From: Anaerolineales bacterium
GTDB lineage: Bacteria > Chloroflexota > Anaerolineae > Anaerolineales > UBA11858
Assembly: GCA_050049875.1 (NCBI GenBank)
Contig: JASFVL010000003.1
Span: 1-55,493, forward strand
Length of the DNA: 55,493 nucleotides
Direction: 5' to 3'
The translations under genes were made by a program, and so were the position numbers. This document shows positions 44,663-54,600 of this stretch, piece by piece. The notes beneath the pieces were generated by a model, which did not search any database, was not told the DNA's origin, and saw only the letters and a list, made by a program, of their open reading frames with translations. Within the stretch, counting starts at the first letter, position 1. Each line of letters starts with the position of its first letter.

Positions 44663-46870
44663 ATGAAACTTACTCGACGAAATTTTCTAAAGATATCTGC
44701 TGGTGCCGCGGCAACTACAGGATTAGCGCCTCTTGCCCGCCACGTGATCCTGGAACCATTCGTAGCTCCCCCGGAAGAACTGCTTCCCGGTAGAGCAAGC
44801 TGGTACGCCAGCACCTGCCGGCAGTGCCCAGCAGGTTGCGGCATCGTAGTTAGAGTGATTAACGGGCGCGCGAAGAAAATTGAAGGTAATCCTGTATATC
44901 CCTTAAACCGCGGAAAGCTGTGCGCTCGCGGCCAAGCCGGATTGCAAGCGCTCTATAATCCCGACAGACTGCACAACGCAGTGAAACAGACAGGTGGTCG
45001 CGGTTCTCACCATTTTGAAGCTCTCTATTGGGAAGAAGCCTTAGGGGAACTCAATGATTATTTGGGACGCATAAACCCAGAAAGGATCGCCTTCTATGGG
45101 GGCATGATGCCAGACCACCTGAGCTTCATTGTGAGCACCTGGTTAAACGCCATGGGCGCGCCGGCACCGGTGATGTTCGATCTTCATTCCGCGCTAGGGG
45201 GTCGCAGCACAACCTCCCAGGTTTCGGAGAAGTTATTTAATACCCAACAACTGCCCGTATACGACATCGCCAACGCAGATGTGATATTTTCGTTCGGTGC
45301 GAATTTCTTGGAGACTTGGCAATCCCCAGTGGCGTATGGCCGCGCCTTTGGCGAGTTCCGTCAAGGAAAATCTGGTGGGAGAGGTCTGTTCGTCCAGTTT
45401 GAACCGCGTCTATCGATGACCGCAGCTTCTGCGGATGAGTGGGTGCCCATTGTCCCTGGCACCGAAGGGCTAGCAGCTCTAGCGATTGGGCGCATAATCC
45501 TAGAGAACAACCTGGGCACAGTGGGAGCCTTTTCGCAGGAAGAAGCAGCCCTCTACCAGGATGTGGAAATCTCCGCTATGGCAGAAGCCAGCGAAGTATC
45601 GGTGGAAAGACTGGAGCGTCTTGCAAGAACTATCGCTGCCGCCAGCCGACCAATTGCCATACCGGGGGGTATACCTTCTGGACAAAGCAACGGATTCTCC
45701 GCCCACCTAGCCGTCCAAGCGCTCAATTTGATCCTAAGGCGCTTCGGACAAGAAGGAGGTGTATATCTGTCACAACCTCTTCCGGTGGAAACACTGCCTA
45801 CGAAAGTCTCTACACACCCTTACAGCTCCGTGGAAGATCTTATTAAACGGATGAGTGCTGGTGAAGTGGACCTGCTCTTCGTCCACGGGGCAAACCCCGT
45901 TTACGAACTTCCGTCCTCATCTAGGATCGCTGACGCCATGGCGAAAGTTCCTATGGTGGTCTCGTTCAGTCCGTTCGTTGACGAAACTGCGGTGCTATCT
46001 GATTTAATATTACCGGATCATACCTACTTGGAAGGCTGGGGATACCAAGTCGCTTCCCCCAGTAGCGACCGGCCAGCGGTTAGCAGCCAACAGCCCGTCG
46101 TACAGCCGCTCCATGACACTCGATCAACGCTGGACGTGATCCTGAACCTAGCGGCAAAGGCAGGAGGCGCTGTCGCTGAAGCACTCCCCTGGGCGGATGA
46201 GGCGCTTTACCTCGAGGACGTATCAGGACCGTTGTTTGATTCGAGTCTGAGCGCATACGGCGCACAATCTCCTGGCGAGTTTTGGTCCTTATGGCGGCAG
46301 CAAGGAGGCTGGTGGTCGGAACGGGAGCTCAGACAGGAACCTGAACCTATCGGCTTCGAAGGGCAGGCGCTGAACACAACCAGAGCATCATTTGAAGGGG
46401 ATGAGCAGGATTTTCCTTATCACTTATACCCCTATCCCAACATCGGACTAAGTGATGGTCGTGGCGCCAATATTCCCTGGCTGCAGGAACTGGCGGACCC
46501 GATGACCACTGCACGCTGGGGAACCTGGGTGGAATTAAACCCAGAAACAGCACACACGTTGGGTGTGGAAGATAACCAGGTGGTGAAAATTGTATCCCCT
46601 CACGGTGAAATTGAGGCTGTCGTAGTGGTTTATCCCGGCATCCGACCGGACGTAATTGCCATCCCGATTGGGCAAGGCCATCGCGACTATGGACGCTTTG
46701 CTCAAAAAAGAGGCAGTAACCCAATGGAGCTGCTTGCCCCCCTCACCGACCCCGACACTGGCGCCCTTGCATGGGGTGCGACGATGGTTCGGGTTGAACC
46801 GACCGAAGAAACCTACCCGCTAGCTAGATTGGAGAGTTTGGATGGCGAAGGACGCGAAACAATTCGCTGA
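44663..46870 (+). CDS. actB1: Tat-exported molybdopterin-oxidoreductase-like subunit (ActB1/QrcB-like)
   Basis: TRRNFLK Tat motif; CRQCPAGC...GKLCARG; FGANFLETW; DETA...ILPDH; PWLQEL. Confidence 0.85.
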   Translation: MKLTRRNFLKISAGAAATTGLAPLARHVILEPFVAPPEELLPGRASWYASTCRQCPAGCGIVVRVINGRAKKIEGNPVYPLNRGKLCARGQAGLQALYNPDRLHNAVKQTGGRGSHHFEALYWEEALGELNDYLGRINPERIAFYGGMMPDHLSFIVSTWLNAMGAPAPVMFDLHSALGGRSTTSQVSEKLFNTQQLPVYDIANADVIFSFGANFLETWQSPVAYGRAFGEFRQGKSGGRGLFVQFEPRLSMTAASADEWVPIVPGTEGLAALAIGRIILENNLGTVGAFSQEEAALYQDVEISAMAEASEVSVERLERLARTIAAASRPIAIPGGIPSGQSNGFSAHLAVQALNLILRRFGQEGGVYLSQPLPVETLPTKVSTHPYSSVEDLIKRMSAGEVDLLFVHGANPVYELPSSSRIADAMAKVPMVVSFSPFVDETAVLSDLILPDHTYLEGWGYQVASPSSDRPAVSSQQPVVQPLHDTRSTLDVILNLAAKAGGAVAEALPWADEALYLEDVSGPLFDSSLSAYGAQSPGEFWSLWRQQGGWWSERELRQEPEPIGFEGQALNTTRASFEGDEQDFPYHLYPYPNIGLSDGRGANIPWLQELADPMTTARWGTWVELNPETAHTLGVEDNQVVKIVSPHGEIEAVVVVYPGIRPDVIAIPIGQGHRDYGRFAQKRGSNPMELLAPLTDPDTGALAWGATMVRVEPTEETYPLARLESLDGEGRETIR

Positions 46871-47582
46871 AGAAAAACCTATTGAGTCTGGTCCCCGTTG
46901 GGGGATGGTTGTAGACCTAGACCGCTGTACGGGTTGCCAGGCATGTGTTGTCGCTTGCAACGCGGAGAACAACGTTCCCGTAGTGGGAGAGAAGGAAGCG
47001 GCTTACGGACGCTGGATGCATTGGATGCGTATAGAGCGATATTGGGAGGGGGAATATCCCAATGTAAAAGCTCGCTTCATGCCAATTTTCTGCCAACAAT
47101 GTGGAGAAGCACCGTGTGAGCCCGTATGCCCGGTGTTTGCTACATATCACAACGAAGAGGGCCTAAACGCTCAAATATACAACCGCTGCATCGGTACACG
47201 TTACTGCGGTAGTGCTTGCCCCTATAAAGTGCGTACGTTTAACTGGTTTGACCCGGAATTCCCCGAGCCTCTCACAGAGCAGCTCAACCCGGACGTCACC
47301 GTGCGAACACGCGGCATCATGGAAAAATGTACTTTCTGCATCCATCGCATCCGTCGCGCCGAAGAGGACGCTCAAAGCGCGGGACGAGACGTTGCAGACG
47401 GAGAAATCCAACCCGCTTGTGTGCAGTCTTGCCCGCCAGGTGCGCTGTTTTTTGGCGATTTGAACGATCCCGAGAGTCAGGTAAGCCAACTTACCCGCAG
47501 TCACCGCTCATTCCGCCTGCTGGAACAGTTAGGTGCCGACCCTGCCGTCATTTACCTCAAGGGAGGTGAAACCAATGTCTGA
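46842..47582 (+). CDS. actB2: Fe-S subunit (ActB2/QrcC-like)
   Basis: WGMVVDLDRCTGCQACVVAC, CQQCGEAPCEPVCP, CIGTRYCGSACP (3Fe-4S-type), EKCTFC, PACVQSCP. Confidence 0.9.
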   Translation: MAKDAKQFAEEKPIESGPRWGMVVDLDRCTGCQACVVACNAENNVPVVGEKEAAYGRWMHWMRIERYWEGEYPNVKARFMPIFCQQCGEAPCEPVCPVFATYHNEEGLNAQIYNRCIGTRYCGSACPYKVRTFNWFDPEFPEPLTEQLNPDVTVRTRGIMEKCTFCIHRIRRAEEDAQSAGRDVADGEIQPACVQSCPPGALFFGDLNDPESQVSQLTRSHRSFRLLEQLGADPAVIYLKGGETNV

Positions 47583-49026
47583 AGCCTCCGCCCAATCCAT
47601 GCCCAACCCCATCGAAGAGGCGCAGCCCAAGCGAGGCACCGCCATGGAAAAAGAATATCCCGGCCGCTTGTTGTTGGAAGAGATGGATGATCAGGAGATC
47701 AACCAAGCGGTTCTGCAACCCATGCTGCGCACCGGCAAACCATTTTGGATCGTCGTAGCTGTGCTCGTTGCTATTGTTGGTTGGGGATTGTTCGCCTGGG
47801 GCTACCAGATCTTCCGTGGATTCGGTGTCGCCGGCATCAATCGCCCAGTCTATTGGGGATTCTACATCGCCACCTTTGTCTTTTGGGTTGGCATCAGCCA
47901 CGCCGGGACGATGATCTCCGCTGTATTACGCATCTTCCGAGCGGACTGGCGCAGACCGATCACGCGTGGAGCTGAAGCGATGACCGCTTTCGCCCTGATG
48001 ATGGCGGGTCTTTTCCCTCTGATCCACCTAGGGCGGGTGTGGAAATTCTATTGGATGGTCCCCTACCCCAACAACCGCTACATGTGGCCCAATTTCCAAT
48101 CACCACTGATGTGGGATATGGTCGCCATTTTCACCTACTTAATCGGCAGTAGCCTATACCTGTATCTGGCGATGATCCCTGATATGGCGATGGCGCGCGA
48201 CAACACAGAAAAATGGCGCTATAAGCTTTATCGCATCCTGGCGCTGGGTTGGCGTGGCACCGAAGCCGAATGGCACAAACTCCACAGAGCTTTGTCTATC
48301 TTCTCCGTGGTAATAATTCCGGTCTTCCTGTCCGTTCACTCGATCGTCTCCTGGGATTTCGCTGTCACCCTGCAGCCGCGCTGGCACAGCACGATATACG
48401 CGCCTTTCTTCGTCATCGGAGCGGTTTATTCCGGGCTAGCTGCTTTGGCTACAATTTTAGTGATCGTACGCTGGGGCATGAAGCTGGATATCTTCCTGCG
48501 AGAAGAGCACTTCGATGCCCTGGGAAAACTGGTGATGGTGGCTGGATTCAGCTGGCTGTACATCTGGTTCGCCGGATTGATCGTGGAGTGGTACGGGAAC
48601 GAACCGATCATCATCGAGCTGCTGCACGACGAAGTCTCGGGCCCTCTGGCGCCCCTGTTCTACCTACAGATGACCTGCAATTTGGTGCCTTTAGTATTTC
48701 TTGTCTTTAGAAAAGTGCGCACTAACCCAGTCTTCTTGCTCATCCTTACCGTGATGATCAATATCGGGATGTTCACCGAACGTGTATTGATCGTCATCGG
48801 AAACCTGCAGCGCCACTACCTGCCGTTCAGTTGGGGTAATTATCGGCCGACCTGGGTGGAGATCAGCGTTGTGATGATGACCTTTGCTGGTTTTATCTTA
48901 CTCTACATATTGTTTTCGAGGATCTTCCCCTACGTCCCGGTATGGGAGATTAAAGAAGGACGTCTACGCTACACTCTGCGCCGCATCGGTCGGTTGCTTG
49001 TTCCTACAGCCGCTGAAATCGATTGA
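47575..49026 (+). CDS. actC: NrfD/PsrC-family quinol-oxidising membrane subunit (ActC-like)
   Basis: FWVGISHAG, IHLGR, SPLMWD, VHSIVSWDFA, WHSTI; GGAGGT RBS before ATG 47575. Confidence 0.92.
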   Translation: MSEASAQSMPNPIEEAQPKRGTAMEKEYPGRLLLEEMDDQEINQAVLQPMLRTGKPFWIVVAVLVAIVGWGLFAWGYQIFRGFGVAGINRPVYWGFYIATFVFWVGISHAGTMISAVLRIFRADWRRPITRGAEAMTAFALMMAGLFPLIHLGRVWKFYWMVPYPNNRYMWPNFQSPLMWDMVAIFTYLIGSSLYLYLAMIPDMAMARDNTEKWRYKLYRILALGWRGTEAEWHKLHRALSIFSVVIIPVFLSVHSIVSWDFAVTLQPRWHSTIYAPFFVIGAVYSGLAALATILVIVRWGMKLDIFLREEHFDALGKLVMVAGFSWLYIWFAGLIVEWYGNEPIIIELLHDEVSGPLAPLFYLQMTCNLVPLVFLVFRKVRTNPVFLLILTVMINIGMFTERVLIVIGNLQRHYLPFSWGNYRPTWVEISVVMMTFAGFILLYILFSRIFPYVPVWEIKEGRLRYTLRRIGRLLVPTAAEID

Positions 49027-49138
49027 CACGAAATATTTTGATATTTATGACTGGAATAAAAGAAGGTAACCCAAAAATGCGAGAGGGCGATAGAACCATT
49101 CGATAACAATGAATGAAATATCTAAATGGTGAAAAAGT

Positions 49139-49663
49139 ATGCGTGAAACAATCCCTTTGATGGGTCTTTTCGATGAATCAACCAAGACTGCCGACGCCAT
49201 TGACGAGTTGATCCAATTCGGCATACCCGATAACGAAATTGAAGTGATGACCGGAGTTCCCTTCCCCGAGCAAGCCCTAGGACGACACCGGGAATGGTTG
49301 CGGTTGCCCTATATCGTTCTAGTGGGGGCAGGCGCTGGGCTGATTTTCGGTTTGTTCCTATCCGTGATTACACCCCAGCTTTATCCCCTGGTGGTGGGTG
49401 GTCGTGGACTAGTCGCTGGCCCACCCGCAGCAGTAATCACCTATGTGTTCACCATGATGGCGACGATTGTATCTACCTTTCTGGGAGTATTATGGGAGAT
49501 GGGCTTTCCAAGCTTCGAGCCAAAACATTACCATGAGTTAGTTACTGGTGGACATTTGGCAGTCCTATTTGATTGTCCAAAAGATAGTCAATCTGAGGTC
49601 ATCAAGATTATGGAAGAGCACGGTGGGCACCATATTCACCATCCCGAAAGGAAATCGCTATGA
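49139..49663 (+). CDS. actD: ActD-like (DUF3341) membrane subunit
   Basis: GLFD...P.P, two TM helices flanking YPLVVGGR; position directly after actC. Confidence 0.75.
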   Translation: MRETIPLMGLFDESTKTADAIDELIQFGIPDNEIEVMTGVPFPEQALGRHREWLRLPYIVLVGAGAGLIFGLFLSVITPQLYPLVVGGRGLVAGPPAAVITYVFTMMATIVSTFLGVLWEMGFPSFEPKHYHELVTGGHLAVLFDCPKDSQSEVIKIMEEHGGHHIHHPERKSL

Positions 49664-50172
49664 GTAGGCGCCTGAGAAGAGGATTGGCGTTCATCGCGCT
49701 GGTGCTGCTGCCATTTATCATCGGTTTGTTGTTCACCTTTGAAATCGTTAAAATCTGGTTTCCGACTGATATGACAGAGCAGCCTTGGACAAATTTTCAA
49801 GAAGGACCTCAAATCTTACCTCCCGAGGGATCGGTACCCATACAGGGAGAGACGATCGTTCTGGACGTTGCACTGACCAACCCAATCCCCCCTGACGAGG
49901 TATCCCTGCAGCGCGGCGAACTGCTTTACCAGTTCCACTGCGCGCTCTGCCACGGGGAGAATGGTAGTGGGGATGGTCCCTTAGCAGAACATTACCCCGA
50001 GCGGCCACCCAGTGATTTGACTCTGCCTCATGTCGCTGGCCAATTCGACAGTTCTCTTTACCGTACGATCGCTACCGGGTTGGGTCTTATGCCGGGATTG
50101 TCTGAAAATCTAACCCCCCGTGAGCGCTGGGATGTAATTAATTATCTGCGCACGTTGGAGCAGACACCTTAA
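49660..50172 (+). CDS. actE: Monoheme cytochrome c (ActE-like)
   Basis: DMTEQP, PPEGSVP, NPIP, RGELLYQFHCALCHG, MP, RWDVINYLR. Confidence 0.8.
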   Translation: MSRRLRRGLAFIALVLLPFIIGLLFTFEIVKIWFPTDMTEQPWTNFQEGPQILPPEGSVPIQGETIVLDVALTNPIPPDEVSLQRGELLYQFHCALCHGENGSGDGPLAEHYPERPPSDLTLPHVAGQFDSSLYRTIATGLGLMPGLSENLTPRERWDVINYLRTLEQTP

Positions 50173-50185
50173 GGATACACCAGTT

Positions 50186-51280
50186 ATGAACCCTAAGAAA
50201 ATCAACCCGCGACCGTACTGCAAAATATTTCGATTTTATCCAGTTGCAGGACTGATCACCTTCATGATCCTCTTGGCAGCTTGTGCCCCGCAAAGACTGC
50301 TCCCAGAAGGACCGACGCCTATCCCCACCCTCATTCCGGCGACGTTAGGAGCAGAAGCCTTAGCCCCCACTCCCACTGCCCGTACTGTCGCGGAGAGTTA
50401 CCCAGCAGGACTACCCTCCGCGCAGGATGGTCAAGCCCTGTACGAGGAACACTGCGCTTCCTGTCATGGCGTTGATGGTCAAGGTGAAGTACCTAATTCA
50501 CGCGATTTCAGCGATGTAGATTATATGCGCGGTGAGACACCTGTGGAGTTCTACAACATTATATCGGAAGGGCGAGGTGAAGGGATGCCCGGATTTGGTG
50601 AACAGCTCACCTCCGACCAGCGTTGGAACTTGGTGTATTACGTATGGCGCTTCTCCACCTCGGAGGAAATATTACGCCAAGGAGCGGAAATTTACCAGCA
50701 GGACTGTGCCTCCTGCCACGGTGAGGATGGGCGCAGCATGATTCTGGGAGCAGCTAATTTCTCGGATCACCGCTTTTTAGCCAATCAATCCCCCAGCGAT
50801 TTGTACGTCGTCGTCACGCAGGGTGAAGGATCGATGCCAGCTTGGCAGGCGCGCTTAAGCCAAGACGAGCGTTGGGCAGTGATCAATTACATTCGCACTT
50901 TTAATTATGCACCGACGATTAGCGGCGAAATCCCCGAAATTGAACCCGAACCCATCACCACAGAAGCGCCGCGAGCGGAATGCGAACCGTACCTGGATCA
51001 AACCAACCCCTTCGCCTGGGACGACGCTGAAGCGGCAGCCGCTGGGGAAGCGATCTACTCAAGCTGCGCAGGCTGCCATGGTGAGGAAGGCACGGGTAGT
51101 CTCCCTGGCATCGTTGATTTTACAGACCCGCTTTTCCAAAACAAACTACGCCAAGAGAGTGGTGAGGTCTTTTGCAGTACCGCTGAGGGGATTAACGGCA
51201 TGCCGGCGTGGAAGGACCAGCTAAGCGAAGAGCAGATCTGGCAGGTACTTACCTATATCGCCTCCCTCGGAGGTCAGTGA
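50186..51280 (+). CDS. Triheme cytochrome c lipoprotein (three class I domains)
   Basis: Lipobox LLAAC, Pro/Thr linker, CASCH, CASCH, CAGCH, each with a distal MP. Confidence 0.9.
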   Translation: MNPKKINPRPYCKIFRFYPVAGLITFMILLAACAPQRLLPEGPTPIPTLIPATLGAEALAPTPTARTVAESYPAGLPSAQDGQALYEEHCASCHGVDGQGEVPNSRDFSDVDYMRGETPVEFYNIISEGRGEGMPGFGEQLTSDQRWNLVYYVWRFSTSEEILRQGAEIYQQDCASCHGEDGRSMILGAANFSDHRFLANQSPSDLYVVVTQGEGSMPAWQARLSQDERWAVINYIRTFNYAPTISGEIPEIEPEPITTEAPRAECEPYLDQTNPFAWDDAEAAAAGEAIYSSCAGCHGEEGTGSLPGIVDFTDPLFQNKLRQESGEVFCSTAEGINGMPAWKDQLSEEQIWQVLTYIASLGGQ

Positions 51281-52056
51281 GCCTTTCTGCCGACATAAAT
51301 CCCAAATCCAAAATACTCATCTAGTCCCTCAGGGGCGATCCCACCCTGGCGCACACTTTTTACAAAGCTCCTGTAGGTGGGATTCCTGATATAAAGAGAT
51401 AGCGTTTTACGGTAAATCCGCAGCATGCCCCCAAGACCATAACGCTTAAAGAGCCCTCGGACTTCTTCGCGCACGTTGACATTGTACATCCTGACGACGA
51501 CCTCGCTCAGTCCTGCATCCTCAAGCAAACTCACCCACTCATCTGATGTCAAGGGCATAACGGTCGCACCCACATCCTGGGCTACCCAAGCGACCATTTC
51601 CGGCGGAGGGGGCACCTTCAACCAAGTAGACTCATTAAGACCGATGTAGCCTCCCGGCTTGGTCACGCGCACATACTCATCGACGGCTTTGCCTTTGTTT
51701 TCCGGAAAGGCGGTTACAGACTCACTAATGACAGCATCGAAAAGAGCGTCTTCAAACGGTAAGTCTTGGACATCCGCAACCCGGAATTGCGTCAGATTCG
51801 TCACCCCCACCCTCTCCGCCATCTCTCTCGATCGTGCGACCATGCCCTCGTGAATATCCACACCGATCACGCGACAGCCATATCTTTTAGCGATAAAGCT
51901 CGACGTCGTCCCAGCGCCACAGCCAACGTCTAGGATGTGTTTCCCTTCAGCGATATGGCATAAATCGATGAGTTTCTGGGTGGCTTCTACGCCTCCCAGG
52001 TGTTTTGTTAACCCCACCTCAGCTGCGAAATCGAAAAAATGTTCTTCTTTCTCCAT
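51274..52056 (-). CDS. Class I SAM-dependent methyltransferase
   Basis: HLGG, LDVGCGAG, ADVQDLPFED, RVTKPGG; start at ATG 52056. Confidence 0.9.
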   Translation of the reverse strand: MEKEEHFFDFAAEVGLTKHLGGVEATQKLIDLCHIAEGKHILDVGCGAGTTSSFIAKRYGCRVIGVDIHEGMVARSREMAERVGVTNLTQFRVADVQDLPFEDALFDAVISESVTAFPENKGKAVDEYVRVTKPGGYIGLNESTWLKVPPPPEMVAWVAQDVGATVMPLTSDEWVSLLEDAGLSEVVVRMYNVNVREEVRGLFKRYGLGGMLRIYRKTLSLYIRNPTYRSFVKSVRQGGIAPEGLDEYFGFGIYVGRKAH

Positions 52057-52097
52057 TGGATCAACTCCGATTCCTCTCTGACAGAGAGTAAATATAT

Positions 52098-52895
52098 TTA
52101 TTTTCGGCTTTCTCGCATCCTCCCAATCAACGCCAAACCCACCAGGCAAGCGCTGACGAGTAGATACACATACGGAATTCCCATCGCGAGACCTTCACTC
52201 GTGGTACCAGCGAAATCGAGAACAGGTACACCTTCCACCAGACCTAGGTACCATATAAAAAGATAGACGGCCTCAAAGATCCGACTGCTGCCAGCCCACA
52301 CACCGAGAGCCAGGGCCAACGCTGGAACGAAGAGTGCACCTCCGAACCAGGCGAACAACATGGCCATATCCCCTGCTAATGCTATGTATAGCCAGGCACC
52401 GCTTCCAGCAATGGCAGCAACAACAACACCCGCCAACCACATAGCGGGTAACTGACGCAGAGCTGGCCTCGGCGCACAGAATATGATTTGCCATGTGTTG
52501 TAACGCTGTTCACGCGCCCCCATCTGCGACCAAACCGCTATTGGCCAAATCCACACAGCACTCAATAAGAATGGCTGCAATGGGCCGGATGGATTCAGCA
52601 AAAAGGCGATGTTTATACTCAGTAAACCTGCGTACCAGATAAGCCTGGGACCTTTAAGCATCAGCTTGAGTTCAGCGAAAACCACTCTAAGGAAACGTGC
52701 TCGTCTGACCGACGCTTCCAGCGGAGTTAGGCTGATGGATAATGTTCTAGATACTTCCGTGGATTGATTTGGCGTATCCCAACTCTCATAGAATTGATCC
52801 TTTAGTCGAGAGCGTAAATCGGTACTTGCTGGACTAGTGTGTCGTCGAGCAGGGTCAAAACGGGCAAATGGAAGGGATGCAATCACGACGAGGAC
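52098..52895 (-). pseudogene. C-terminal half of an ABC-2-type permease (5' part deleted)
   Basis: From about 52895: LVVIASLPFARFDP...ELKLMLKG followed by TM helices. The ORF's N-terminus is an alternative frame of the ATPase gene. Confidence 0.7.
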
Positions 52896-53382
52896 CAGCA
52901 GTTGGTTCGTCGACGATGAGTAGTTGCGGATCATTAAGCAGCGCTTGAGCAATGCCAACCCGCTGTTTCATACCACCGGAATAGGTACCCAGCTGGCGCT
53001 TTCGGGCGTCCACCAGGTTCACCACGTGTAATAGTTCGTCAATACGCCGACGAGCAGTTTTGCCACTCAAGCCCTTGATCGCTGCTAGGTACTCTAAGAA
53101 CACCATCGCATTTAGGTTTTGGTAGACACCGAAATCCTGGGGTAGGTATCCCAACACTTGGCGAAGCGGGTTCGGTTCTCGGACGATGTCCAATTCGTTC
53201 CAGGTAACTTGACCTTTGGTTGGTTGCGTGATGGTCGCCAAAATGCGCATCAAGGTGGATTTCCCAGCACCATTTGGCCCCACAACGCCTAGGATACCGG
53301 GTCGCAACTCCAAGCTAAAATCTTTCAACCCCCATACCCCACCTCGGTATAGTTTGCTGACTTTATAAATATTTAATTTCAT
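52855..53382 (-). pseudogene. ABC transporter ATPase truncated just after Walker B
   Basis: GPNGAGKS, YLPQ, YSGGMKQR, LLIVDEPTAG, then unrelated PRRDCIPSICPF*; the LD of the D-loop and the H-switch are missing. Confidence 0.8.
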
Positions 53383-53448
53383 CTTTGCCTCCAAAGAGAT
53401 GCACGGAAGGGAGGGTAATGTCAAAATCAAATTAAAGAGCGACTCCTG

Positions 53449-54510
53449 TCATTCAAAGATGATTTTCATATCCTCTTCAGCTAATGAGTTGTATATCCGG
53501 ACGTAAGAATTGAACCCATCGGATACGCTTTGTGCCAGCGTGTCTTTCCCTAGCTGCTCATCGACGGTCATGGCCATATAGGCACCCACAATATAAAAAC
53601 CCTTTTTGTTGAATCCGATGTCGGAGATGCGCTGGTAGAGTTCATTGTAGGCTTCACCGGTCGGCTTGCTTTGAGCTTCGGCTAAAATATCGTTCAATTG
53701 GTTGATGTACATCCGTACCGCGAATTCCTTCTCAAATAGATAATGGGGCCATTCGAGTTGGATTGGATAGACTGGAGTTAACTGATGAGAGATATAGGTG
53801 GCGATGCCCTCACGATGCAGTGGCAGGAGCGTATCAATCACAATCCCGTTCTCCCTCAGCTCTTCCTGGCTGAACTCGCTCAAATCGAAGTTGTTTGCGT
53901 AACCGATGTGGTGCAACTCGTGGGCGAGAAGATTGTAAACGGAGGAGATCCCAGTCCCTTGATATAAGCGGGCAGCACCCGCGAATAATGGATGGGATAT
54001 GTTATAGGAAATCTCGGGATAATCCGTGAAACCAGCAGCAGCGTTATCCAACGCCGTCAGGTAAATAGTCGCCCCTATTTCAGTTCTTTCGGGCAAATAA
54101 CCCAGCACATAAGGTGCCACTTGCTGGCAGAAAGACTCTTTTTTTGTGATTAACTGTTTGTATAACTGGAAAGGTAACTGCTGTTCTCTTTCTGAAGGGG
54201 TCTTGTCCGATAGCTTCTCCAACCTGCGCTCAAAAGCCTTATTAGGGACAGGGTTATTGGTCATTTGGCGATCTTGGACCAGCAATTGGTATGCTCGATC
54301 TTGGGTGCGAAAGCGATCAAAATCCTTAAGAATTCCCTCCGGATCCAAATAGATCCTTTCGATGGAGGTCCCATTGAAGCGAATACCATACTGGGCGCAG
54401 ATGTCTTCATCCTCTACTCTATCATCGAAAGTGGGGCGAGAGTAGTTAATAAATCCAACAAGCAAAAGCACGAGGATGACCCCCAAAAGGAATACAAGGA
54501 CTTTCTTCAT
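53449..54510 (-). CDS. Secreted putative Zn-dependent protease (DUF5700-like)
   Basis: Signal/anchor MKKVLVFLLG; AHELHH; EGIATY; FYIVGAYMA. Confidence 0.78.
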   Translation of the reverse strand: MKKVLVFLLGVILVLLLVGFINYSRPTFDDRVEDEDICAQYGIRFNGTSIERIYLDPEGILKDFDRFRTQDRAYQLLVQDRQMTNNPVPNKAFERRLEKLSDKTPSEREQQLPFQLYKQLITKKESFCQQVAPYVLGYLPERTEIGATIYLTALDNAAAGFTDYPEISYNISHPLFAGAARLYQGTGISSVYNLLAHELHHIGYANNFDLSEFSQEELRENGIVIDTLLPLHREGIATYISHQLTPVYPIQLEWPHYLFEKEFAVRMYINQLNDILAEAQSKPTGEAYNELYQRISDIGFNKKGFYIVGAYMAMTVDEQLGKDTLAQSVSDGFNSYVRIYNSLAEEDMKIIFE

Positions 54511-54600
54511 TTTTTTCTCCACAAACCTTTCAGGTAGGGATTTGTGAATTTCATGGTCAAATCCCACCAATACATCCTAATGGAGTGATTTCTGATGTGA

